DNA of 64,000 nt from NCBI RefSeq assembly GCF_036321535.1, contig NC_087437.1, forward strand, positions 52,392,001 to 52,456,000, in the 5' to 3' direction. This stretch comes from Camelus dromedarius. Lineage: Eukaryota. The translations under genes were made by a program, and so were the position numbers. Positions within the stretch are counted from its first letter, which is position 1, and each line of letters starts with the position of its first letter. Positions 13,602 through 24,748 of the stretch are shown here, in pieces. Below the pieces are notes generated by a model that was not told the DNA's origin, ran no database searches, and was given only the letters and a program-made list of their open reading frames with translations.

Positions 13602-14166
13602 CAGGCCAGCTTCATGGGTGTGTAATCGGGGCATTTACTCAGGGCCCTGATCTTGGTTTAATGTTCTTCTGTCTCTATCTTAAAATTCTTTTTGAGGGGA
13701 GAGGGGAAGAGGGGATTTTCTTTAATTCTGATTTTATTCTGTCCATCAGAGCTCTTTTAACTCGGTTTACAAATATACATAATTTTTGTGAAATGTTAAA
13801 TTAGAGTAAAAATTCAAAATGACAAGCAATATTAACTATCTAAGATTTATACTGTACCATTTTATTCACTTGAAAGTATTTCAGGGTCTTAAGTAAATTA
13901 ATTTTTCTTATTAATATGGAAAATGAGAATGGATTCCATATTTTCATGCACATGCCCTCTCCATTATATTCTCATGGTATTTTCACTCTTCTTTTTTCTA
14001 ATTTTTTTTTAATTGAAGTATAGTCAGTTTTATACTATACCTCAGTTTTAATTGAAGTATAGTGTAATTGTGTTATCTATCTTGAGATTCTTAAAAGTTG
14101 ATTCTTGAACAAAGGGTGTTTCATTTTCATTTTGTACTAGCTCTGAAAATTTCATAGCCAGTTCTG
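13602..14166 (+). mobile_element. MER45A-like hAT element split by a ~385-bp insertion (13691-14075)
   Basis: caggccagcttcatgggtgtg... left arm and ...tttcattttgtactagctctgaaaatttcatagccagttctg right arm. Degenerate 8-bp TSD ttggcagt / ttagcaat. Confidence 0.8.
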
Positions 14167-15052
14167 TTAGCAATATATATAATTGTCCTAAGCCCTTAGA
14201 TAATATTCTCAATACATCTCAGTATGTTGATTTCCTGTGGTATGACCCTTTTTGCTCAAAGGCCAGCATGTTTATACCTTCCTGTCTACTGTTAGATTTC
14301 TAGAATTGGCTCTGAAAAAAATGGGTTTGTGCCAGGGAATGACTTAAGGAGAAGTCTGTCTCAGTTTTATGTCCCCCAAACAATGCTATTTTGCTAATAA
14401 GATATACGCACATTATTTAATGTGATAGCATGACTCCAGAAACTATATAGTTTGCTCATTCTAGTTAGTGTGGTCTTGAACAAAAGTTTTCTGATCATTG
14501 CGGGGGTAATGAATAACGGTTTTTAAGAAGCCAAATTCTTCTGATCAGTGAAAAGAGACTAGTTAGCCAAGAATTCAAAACTTTTCATGATGTGGCACCA
14601 CCTTATAGTTAGAGCTATTCTTGTCACTGCCCTCCATGCACCTTTTGCTCCAACTATTCCAAACTGCTTGCCATTCCTGGAAAAAGCCATTTGTTTTCTT
14701 ACCTTCCATTCCTTTCTTTATGAAATTCTCTTTGATAAGAATGTCTGCTTTTTTCCAAGTAGCACTTCTGCCTCTCCCACCCCCCACTCTTTTCCCACTG
14801 GTATGACTCTTACTCTTCAAGGTCCCACTTTGGTGCTTGAGTTAGTCATTCCACCTGCTGCTGTGTCATGGCTCACGCAGCTCTTGAGGCCTTTCTTAAT
14901 TCTGCCTTGCTTTCTGGTTACCTGTTTACTTGCCTGTCTGGCACACTAGGTTGTATACTTCTTGAGGGCGGGACTGTTTAAACTGTCTCTATTCCATCAT
15001 CCATGGCATGGTAACCCAATGTCTGGTACATGCTCAGTGCATGTTTACTAAG

Positions 15053-15391
15053 TGTCTTAATCTATTCTGGTTGCTATAACAAAATACCACAGACTGGGTG
15101 GTTTACGAACCAAGAGAAATTTATTTCTCACAATTCTAGAGGCTGGAAGCCTGAGATTAGGTGCCAGCATGGTTGGATGAGGGCCATCTTCTGGGTCACA
15201 GACTTCTCATTTTATTCTCACATGGTTAAAGGGCAAGGGAGCTCTCTGGAGCCTCTTTTATAAGGGCACTAATCTCATTCATAAGGACTCCACCCTAGTG
15301 ACCTGAGCACCTCCCAGAGGCTCTACCTACTAATGCCATCACTTTTTAGGATTTTGGTATATGAATTTGGGGACATATTCAGACCATAGCA
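15053..15391 (-). mobile_element. MLT1A/B-type MaLR solo LTR inside L2
   Basis: tgtcttaatc...gctataacaaaataccacagactgggtgg...ttcagaccatagca. Confidence 0.85.
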
Positions 15392-15992
15392 ATGAGTGAA
15401 TTGGAAGGATAACTCTAGTTCCCTTACAGTGTTATCTCGTGTATTTAAGGTACTTGGTTGTAATTCCCTGAAGTGAAATAATCAGTTGATCTTATTAGAA
15501 ATAGTTTCTACTTTAAGAATCATTTGTGGGAAGAGAAATCTTAAAAACTGGGCTGTCGTTGGGAATGAAGCCCCTTAGAATTGTATAATGTAGTGACTCT
15601 GAGGGAAAGAGTAGTGAGAGTCCAGTAATAGAAAAGTTAAAAAAGACTGGAGAGCCCCAGAGTTGTCAGGAAAAATTACCTAAAACATTTTGAAGTCAGA
15701 AAAACAGGAAGCCTGGGGTACCACTTGACTCTCAATTTAGCCATCCCTAGCCTGCAATTTAGTTCTCAACTTTTCTTTTTGTAGCGCCTTCCCTTAATTA
15801 AATTATACTGCCATGTTGAGAAAAGGCTCAAAATAAAGCCAGTAACATGGCAGGCCTGTTTAGGAGTATGATAAATACATTTTTAAAGCCCAAATAAAAC
15901 AGTGAATCATATTTAATCGAATTGAAACATGTACAAAAGAATAAAGAAAATCTCTATGAGATGACATACAGTGATTTTCAGGATATATTCTT

Positions 15993-16222
15993 TTTTATTT
16001 TTATTTTTTATTGACATATAGTTGATTTACAATATTGTGTTAGTTTCAGGTATACAACAAAGTGATTCAGTTATAGATGTATTTTTTCAGATTCTTTTCC
16101 ATTATAAATTATTATGAGACATTGATTGTATTTCCCTGTGCTATACAGTAGATCCTTGTTTATTTTATATATAGTGATGTGTATCTGTTAATCCCATACT
16201 CCTAATTTATCTCTCCCTCCTA
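15993..16222 (-). mobile_element. L1 3' end fragment
   Basis: Poly-T followed by ttgacatatagttgatttacaatattgtgttagtttcagg. Flanking ata(t/c)attctt repeat. Confidence 0.85.
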
Positions 16223-18912
16223 ATACATTCTTATTCCTCCACTTTGACTCTCAAACTAAATCCTAGCTATTGTGAAATTTGAGTCTCTTCTCTTGATTCT
16301 GCCTAGGTTGTAAGTAAGGAGAGAGAGAAAAAAAATAAATCAGAATCAGAACCTGAATCTACTAGGGTTAAAAAATAATCAGACTCTTCTTTAAGTTTCT
16401 CTGTGACCACAGCCAGTCTTGTCTTTGGTTTTGTCCCATGGGATTAGACACGTGTAGGCTAACAGAATACGCCACTAATCCAAAAACCTGGATTGTCCAA
16501 AGTATTGTATGTAGGTTAATTTCCAAGCACTGGTATAACTGGTGGACCATCCTAGCCCCGTTGTTATTTCAGTGATTATGAGAAGGCCATTTAGTAGACT
16601 CAGTATAAGGATTCTATGATTCCACATAGGTGTTTGTTTATTTATTTTCATATTTTAGATTTGGCTACTCTCTTCATTTCAGTCTTAGTGAGGTTGAATT
16701 GATGTCGCATTGCAAAATCAATTCTCACTAATGAAACTAGTTGTTTTTATGGGCTCTGGAAAAATTCTTCAAATGAAAGTTGGAAATTATAGAGTGGGGT
16801 GGGATCATCCCAGAGATGTGAGGTATATGCCCACAAAATTTCTATCCAGTAAAATGAAGTTTAAAAATTAATATTGGAAGCATGGCTAGAAAGGGAAAAA
16901 AAATCATGAAAGGACAATAGAAACAGAAAGGATTTAATGAGAAGGAAACTTTGATTTGCCTCAGTAAGTAAGGAAAAGGATTCATGAGGTGATTATGTGT
17001 TTGTCTGTGAACCCTCAGGATATAACTAATGTCTCCTTCCTTCACCATTTTCTGCCACCCAACCCTGGAGCTTTACCTCAACCTTTAATCAACACCAATT
17101 CTGGGGTAGGAGACTCTAGGGATGGCTTTTAGATTCTAAGGCCATGTAACCTTTACTGAGCTAAACTCTTAACTCATTTTATTCTATCAACTCATATTTA
17201 TTAACTTTCATTTAGAAAGACTCAGAGATACCCCTGTCTCAAAGGATTTTACAGGATTCTAAATACCAAATCAATTCTAATATATGCATAAATGGAAAGT
17301 TATAACTCTAAAGCAATGTGATTGCATTTTAACAAAACTTGCCACAATTTACACAACTAAATGGACTTTGTCCCAGGCATCCTAGTAAGTGTCAGGAAAA
17401 GTATCAGTGTCCTTAGAGCACTGATAGTTTCCAAGGAGCCTGTTGGAAGGCTACTGGTGTGTTCTGGGAATTCTGCCATTGCTCAGGACAGCTCTGGGAT
17501 TCTGCCTTCAGAATGCCTTTTGCAGATCTGAGTATTGGAATTAAGGGGAAGAAAAGCTCAAGTAGGTCCCCTCTCCCTCCATCCTTCCCCTGTTAACCAC
17601 TGGTCTGGTTTCTGTTTTCTTTATCGTTATGTCTTTTCTGTAAATGGATTTCATATAAATTGACTCATACACAACTTTCTAAGAATCTATGATTGAAAAT
17701 ATGTGTGCATTAATGAGTTCAAATTATAATTTCTGAAGGGAGGCTTCTAAGTATGTCTATAAATTCCATCCTCTGTAATATTAATCTTTGTTTTGAGGCA
17801 CTGCATACTGACTGTTTACAATCACAAATAGTGTATTATTCTGCCTTTATTTTTCTTTCCATTGGAACTATTTTGTACATTTATTATTTTCTAACACTTA
17901 GAATAAATATTTAATATTTATTGATGTTCTTCCTTGCCATCGTCATCTTGGACAGTTGGGACTTATCAAGGATCTTTTAGTAGTTTGCAAATTTTAGCTA
18001 TATAATGGGCGTAGAAGTGGAAAGTACACCAATGAATAATTAAATGATGGGTTTGGATTACTCTCTAGCACAAGGTCAAATTCACATTCCAAAACAGTGG
18101 CATGAGACAGGTGAAAAATGATTGATTTTTGCCAATTTCAAATTTCTATTCTTGGTAAAGCTCAGAATGTCCTATCCTACATTTTCTAGAGTATCATCTT
18201 GACTGAAGCATTATTTTAAAAAATTAAAACTTAGGACTGCTTGGATGAGCAAAAACAATGTTAAAGAGAAATTTGAACATCTAAAGCAATAGGATCTTTC
18301 ACTAATATGGTTTTAATTACTTTTCTATTAAAATTAGACATTGGATCCAGAGTCTAGAGTTCCTGCCTCCCCCTGGAGTTTTTATCCTGGTTATCTGTAC
18401 AGTCTTCTCTGAGAAGTGACAAGAGCTGTTAGTGATTTGGTAAAAACTTCTGGTCCTGTTCAGCCTTTCCTCCAGTTGCCCTCCCCTAGTTTTCTGCCTT
18501 TCACCTGCACTAGTCCTGTGATTAGGAATTTTGTAGAATGGTAATTATGAGAATAACAATAATCTAATTTCAATTTAAAAATTCTCCACAAATGACTATC
18601 GAAACTACTTTGTTATTTGAAAATGGTTCCTTTGGCTCTTTTGATGATTTTAGACACCTGGCTGTGTGGTCCCTTGAAAAATCCTTAAAAAAAATTTCTG
18701 CTCTAATGTGATCTTGATGAACCATCATTAGAATGAGCTGTGCTTAAATCATTTCATTCACAGATATTACTAAAACTTGGTAGCAAACCTATTATTTTAA
18801 AGGAGGTAATGGAGTTCTGTGCATTTAGCAAATTCCCACGTACAAAGGAAAGCCATAATCTCTTCATTAATTCTCCCAACAAACAGGTCTATTAATATGA
18901 ATGAATCTTATG

Positions 18913-19120
18913 CAGAACTGCTGTCCAACTGGACATTCTGTGATGATGGAAATGCGCTATTTTGTGCTGTCCAGTATGGTTGCCATTAGTCACTTGGCTA
19001 CTGAGCATTTGAAATGGACTAGTGCCTCCGAGGAACTGAATTTTTTATTTTATTTAATTTTAATTAATTTTAAGTTAAATAACCACATGTGACTAGAAGC
19101 TCCCATATTGGACAGTGCAA
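18913..19120. mobile_element. MER3-like hAT-Charlie element
   Basis: tgctgtccaa...tgatgatggaaatg...ttggacagtgca with terminal inverted repeats. Confidence 0.85.
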
Positions 19121-19329
19121 GTTTAGCGGTTTGATGTTAAAAGAGAATGGAGTAAACCCTATAGAAAGTGGGCATGTTTTAGAATTCTCCACTTGTTTTT
19201 ATTTGTTGCTAGGAATTTTTACCTTTTATCCTAAATGTAGAACTCAAGCTTGAGGTAAGATGTGAGTCAAGTCCATATTTTTCTGACTTAGATCTTTCTT
19301 AATTAAATAGAAGACCATTATAATATTGA

Positions 19330-19605
19330 CAGTAGAGCACTGTGGTTAACGGCATGGGCTTGGACTCGGGCTCAGGCTCAGGCTCTGGAACTGGAGTGAA
19401 ACTGGGTTCAACTCTTGTCTTTACTACTTAGTAGCTATTGGTGAGTTATTTAAACACTCTGTGCCCCAACTGCTTTATCAACTAGAGGAGTAATAATAGT
19501 ACCTTTCTCGAAGGGTTGATGTGAGGATTAGAGAAGTGAAAATAGGAAAAGTGTTTTGAACAGTGTTTGGCACCAATAATCTCAGAAAATGTTAGCTATT
19601 GTTAT
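19330..19605. mobile_element. MIR SINE
   Basis: gtggttaa...ctgggttcaa...gagttatttaa...ggttgatgtgaggatta. Confidence 0.7.
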
Positions 19606-20869
19606 TAATATATTGTTTGTCAAATTGCTCTGTGTGCATGTACACGTGTATGTGCGTGTTTGTGTACGTGGGAAGTTCTCTTAACCAGAAAGTAAACTGC
19701 ATCTTATGATATCAGGTCCTGTACTAGGTGCTGAGGCTAGATAAGGAGGAAAAGAAGTGAACAAGGAATGGAAATAAATAATACTTGGATTCTACCCCTA
19801 GCAAATATACAAACTAGTTAGGATGAATTATTTCTCTTGAAAAATAGAAATCATCACCCACTCACTGCTCCCTCCAATTTTAACAATCTATGATTCTGTC
19901 ATTCCTAAGCGAGACCTGAAAATGCAATGCAGTGATGGCAGAAGGACCCTTGACAACTTCTTGCCTGCCAAGTACATTCAGGACTTGCCCAGGAACAGTC
20001 TGTAGGATCTGCAGCTTTGTGGGAAATTCCACATGTATCATTGGAAGACTGTTACTGATACTCTTCAATAACTCTGTTGTTATACTAAGCTGGCCATGAA
20101 GCTTACTTTCATGTAATATAGTATAAAACAAATGCATGATGTGTTATATTTATCTCTATTTCAATTATAACTCACCATCCAAAGAGTCCAAACTCTAACA
20201 GTAAACTTACTGGGAAAAGAGAACTTTCATAATATAATTTCATCTAGCAAAATTTTCCCTCTTCTCTCATCTGGTTAGAGTCATGAGCAGTAGCTCCTGA
20301 CAGCATAGCCCACCAATTCTTACTAAGCAGTATGCCATCCATCATTTCCCCGTGGCTGGCATATATTTTAATAGCAACAGTTAGCATCGAGATTCTACTT
20401 AATAGCTTGAAAAGCACTTTCATGTCCTTTATCTCATTTAATACTCTCATAAGTCACATGAGGAAGACCATTTTTCAGAACCCATGTGTAGGAAGCTGCC
20501 TCCACTATTAGTATTTAATCACAATGTGAATATCATTTAGTTTTCATTGGTGAAATGCTTTTTTGGAACATATTACATGGTATTAAGACTCATAGAAGAC
20601 CTGAATATAATAAATAGTATTTTATATATTTAGAGGGGAAAGTATTCCCCATACATCAGCCCAGGCAGAAAAAACAGATTGTCCAATAGATACCCAACTG
20701 CTATAGACCCCATAACTGACACCAGAGTTCAAGTTTTCTCACCAAACCAAAATATCTGGAGAAGCCAGAGACTGACCTTTTACTAGCTGACCTTTTACAA
20801 GCTCAGCTATGCTTGTTGCATTTCCGGCTTGACCATTTTGTCTCTGCCGTTAGCATCAGGATCTCCACT

Positions 20870-21325
20870 GGTATGGTACTTAGGATCAGATCTATTTTCA
20901 GTCCTTCTGAAAGCACTCTGTTCTGTGCTTTTGGAGGTTGCATCAATGGACGTCCTTACCCTCTGGTTTTCTATTGGGTTCAACCAATGGGAAGCATCTG
21001 CAGGGTCTCAGCTAGCAAGAGGAGAGTGAGATTGGGGTTCAATATTAATTCCCCTGGCTCCATCCCTATCAGGTCATTGAACTTTGATTGCATCCTTCTA
21101 CCAAAAGCCACAGCTCCTCTGGATAACATTCTTCTATAGCTGTGCTCTCCAGGTTCTGGTAATTTTTCCCCTGCCAGTTAACAGCATTTTGACTGTTACT
21201 AGCTTTGGGAAATGGCACCATCCTTGTTGCTTTTCCTGCCCCCTCCTTCGTAAGTAGTCTCATTACATTCTCCTCATTTGCTACATTCAAGTGTGCCATC
21301 TATTTCCTGCCAGGGCCTGGGTTTA
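20870..21325 (+). mobile_element. ERVL solo LTR (LTR33-like)
   Basis: ccctctggttttctattgggttcaaccaatgggaagc ... gtgtgccatctatttcctg. Subfamily uncertain. Confidence 0.6.
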
Positions 21326-21572
21326 TAAAGGGTCCTGCAACAAATTCAGTGTTAGTGCCTGCTTCTGCTGCTCACTTATCATACAGGCAGTGTTCACACA
21401 GACTTCAGAAAATATTAATTCAGAAAAATGATTATTATAGCATAAAAACCTTCCTTCAGTTCAACCCCAAGTACATTTGGAATATGAATTAATCTCTAAT
21501 TAGATTCAGTTTATTTTTTTCTTTAGAAGCATACCCAGTCTACAAAGGAAGATACATATGACAGAGTAAATA

Positions 21573-21695
21573 GGGGGAGGGTGTAGCTCAAGTGATGGAG
21601 CACGGGCTTAGCATACACAAGGTCCTGGGTTCAATCCCCAGTACTTCCTCTAAAAATAAACAAATAAGGAAACTTAACTACCCCTCCAAAAATAA
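21573..21695 (+). mobile_element. tRNA-Ala-derived SINE (Vic-1-like)
   Basis: GGGGGAGGGTGTAGCTCAAGTG...GGTTCAATCCCC (A and B boxes). TSD acatatgaca(g/t)agta at 21554-21568 and 21696-21710. Confidence 0.9.
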
Positions 21696-23478
21696 ACATA
21701 TGACATAGTATACAAATGTAGTTATATGTTAATATTGTGATATTTATTATAGGTAATTATTAAATATGTTTTTATTCCTCACATAAATTCCTTACTTGTG
21801 CCACTGATACTCTCTCTTTATTAGGGGATTATTAATCTCTCAACATACGTGATTCTTCAAATTACATCCCCCCCCCCTTTTTTTTTCAAACGAGACAAAG
21901 CATTGCGACTATGAGAGTGATCAAAGTGGTCTCAGGGCCTGGGGCCAATGAATATTGGTGTCATATCCTATAGGGTAGGTCATTGCTAATTTCTGGGCTA
22001 AGCTGCTCTACTTAACCCCTTGGAAATAAATGGTCTTTTCATTATAAAATGAAAATAGCCACTCTTTGGGACAACTTGAAGGTTGTTATATCCCTGGATA
22101 TACATGGTTATATCCCTGGAATGACCAAGGACGGATGTGCCGTAAAATACATATACTTACTTGGTCTTACTCCTTAACCATATGGATATTATTATTAATA
22201 AAGAATATACTATCTTATTTTAGAATAAAATATTTATGCCTTTAAAATATAAATAGCAAAGCTTTAGTAGGTTCTTACTCTGTGCCAGGTTATATGTTAA
22301 ACACTCTGCAAGTATTACCTCATTTAGCCCTTGTTACAGCCCTGAGGTGGATACTCTTTATTATCCACTTTCTGATTGGGGAAGCTGAGATGCACAAAGA
22401 TAAGGAACTTCCCCGTGCACAGAATCAGTATTTGAACCAGAAAGTTTGAATCTAGAGCTCATGCATTTTGCAGCAATGTTAAATTTATCATTTAAGGACT
22501 ATTTTTTATGAATTTTCCCCCCTAAGTTTGTGGGAAGTTGCTTTTGTACAATGTTCTCTAGGCCTGGAGCCACAGCAAACTTTTTAGGCCTTGCCCTAGG
22601 GATGGGGGCTTCATCAAGAAAGTGAAGGTGAACTGCCTGAAGACAGTAACGTTTCCAGGAAGGTGGATGAGGCAATAGTAGAATTAGGCAGTCCCTGACA
22701 GGCAGAATATCTTCATGTGAACATTACATGATACAGAAATTTGTGGATCTCTAGGGAAGAAAATTCCATAACCTCCCTTGGGAACACAGTTCTGCAATGG
22801 TTCTCCTATGTTCTAATTGCTCTTTTGTTTAAAACATAGGCAATCTTTCCCTAGAGATATTTTTTGAATCAATAAAATTATCTCCTAATTTAATATAACA
22901 ATGTTAAAACCATGGGTATTACATACTTTTTCTCCCAAATATTAGAACTACAAAGTATTAATATTCTCTCAAATACTAGAGGTACGTAGAGTTTTCCTTT
23001 TCTTTTCCATTTAATTAAAACCTGGAAGGTAAAAATAACTACTGTAATTAAATCAAAGACAAAGGAAATTAAGTATGAAAAAGAAGTTGCATACGTTTGG
23101 GATTTTTCTCTCCTCTTTTCCATCTTACTTATTCCATTTTGACCTGGTATCTTTCTGTTTATTGATTCTCTGTGCTTTCATTTATAATTTCAAATGAATG
23201 TTACAAACTCTATGTGCCTCAATTTCTAGGTATATTGGTCTATCCCTCCTTATCCCCCTTTTCTCATTCTTTTACTTTCCTTAAGACAATCTTACTGTCC
23301 CCTTGTCCTTCCTTTCATGCCTCTTGAATTCATATATATATTGAGCGTATTGCCACATATCTTTTCCTTTTAATTTTTTTGGTTAAAGATTTGTATAGCT
23401 AACAAGTCTTGAGGATTCACTGTGCACTGGATCATATCTCATATATGATCTATGAGGTGGATTCTGTTGTTAGCACCA

Positions 23479-23624
23479 TGTATATATATATATTTTTGGG
23501 TGGGGGAGGCAATTAGGTTTCTTTGTTTGTTTATTTATCTGTTTATTTATGGAGGTAGTAGGGATTGAATCCAGGACCTCGTGCATGCTAAGCATGCACT
23601 CTACCACTGAGCTATATCTTCCTC
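23479..23624 (-). mobile_element. tRNA-Ala-derived SINE (Vic-1-like) nested in a MIR
   Basis: Reverse complement of the same head. TSD tgtta(g/t)cacca at 23468-23478 and 23625-23635. Confidence 0.88.
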
Positions 23625-24561
23625 TGTTATCACCACTTACGGATAATGAAATTGGAGCTTAGAGAGAGAGTAAGGTCAAGTTAATGATTAGTTCCACCAG
23701 TGCTTTCTGTCTTAGCCCCTTACAGTATTGCCCTCCATATGATGAAGTGCATAGGAGGTTCTGAATTTGTTGACTGGGAAACAATATGAAAGTGTGCATT
23801 ATAGCCCTAATTTTAAAAATTTAAATAGTAATTTTAAAATAATTTCAGTGGTCATTTCAGTTGTTCTCCTGAACTGTTCATCTTAAGGAGAGTCATAGAT
23901 TTCCAAAAAAAAAAAAAAAAAAGAGAGAAAGGAGAAGCACAAGATAACAAGAAAGGAAAATAATAAAAGGGACTAGCTTATATTGAGTGCTTACTGTGTA
24001 GTTGATGCTTTTGTCAGGGACCAACTCAAGTTCACAGTTCTATATATTCTATAATCCTCCCTTTTTTAAAAAAAATTAGGGTATTTCTCTATCTTCTACT
24101 TTTCCATGAATAAATAACTTGTTCACAGTTCCTAAATATAATTCTTTACCAAAGGTTGCTTTTTGATCCTAAATGCAATGGGTTTAGTTCCTTAATGTGT
24201 AATTCATCTGGACCTCAGAACTTGTAAATAATCAAGATATAATTAGATATAACTTTGTCTCTTTATCTTTCTTGCATTTCAATTCACTTACCAAGATTAT
24301 TCCACCTTTTCCAGCTTGAATATGATTTTACTAGTAGAGAAGATAAAAACAAAGTAGGAGTCATCCACTGTTGTTTCCTCATTGTCATCTGTTTTTAATT
24401 CATTTTTCTTTTTGTTTTGACTTTATAATTATTCTTATGCCTATTTGCAAGTCTCAGCACACACTGACAATTAGTTTTCCTGACAGTGTCTTTAGAATGC
24501 AGTAAAGATGGCTCATTTATCTGTGTATTTAAAGCAGCAAAGATTTGGATTGAAAACTTCT

Positions 24562-24748
24562 TTTTTTAAAAAGTTCTATTTTTTATATTTTATTTATTTG
24601 TTATTGTATTATTTAATTATTTTGTTTTGGCAATGGCAGGGAGAGAGGTAATTAGATTTATTTATTTTTAGAGGAGATACTGGGAATAGAACCCAGGACC
24701 TCATGCACGCAAAGCATGCACTCTACCAGTTGAGCTATACCCTCCCCC
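24562..24748 (-). mobile_element. tRNA-Ala-derived SINE (Vic-1-like) with long AT-rich tail
   Basis: Head ends ...gagctataccctccccc. Perfect TSD tgaaaacttct at 24551-24561 and 24749-24759. Confidence 0.9.

Noticed and set aside
14575..14949. 120-aa ORF and overlapping ORFs
   Set aside because: They lie in pyrimidine-rich L2-like sequence and show no protein family resemblance.
21573..21645. tRNA-Ala gene (and the four similar copies)
   Set aside because: Stems are degenerate, and the copies have SINE tails and TSDs. These are SINE heads.
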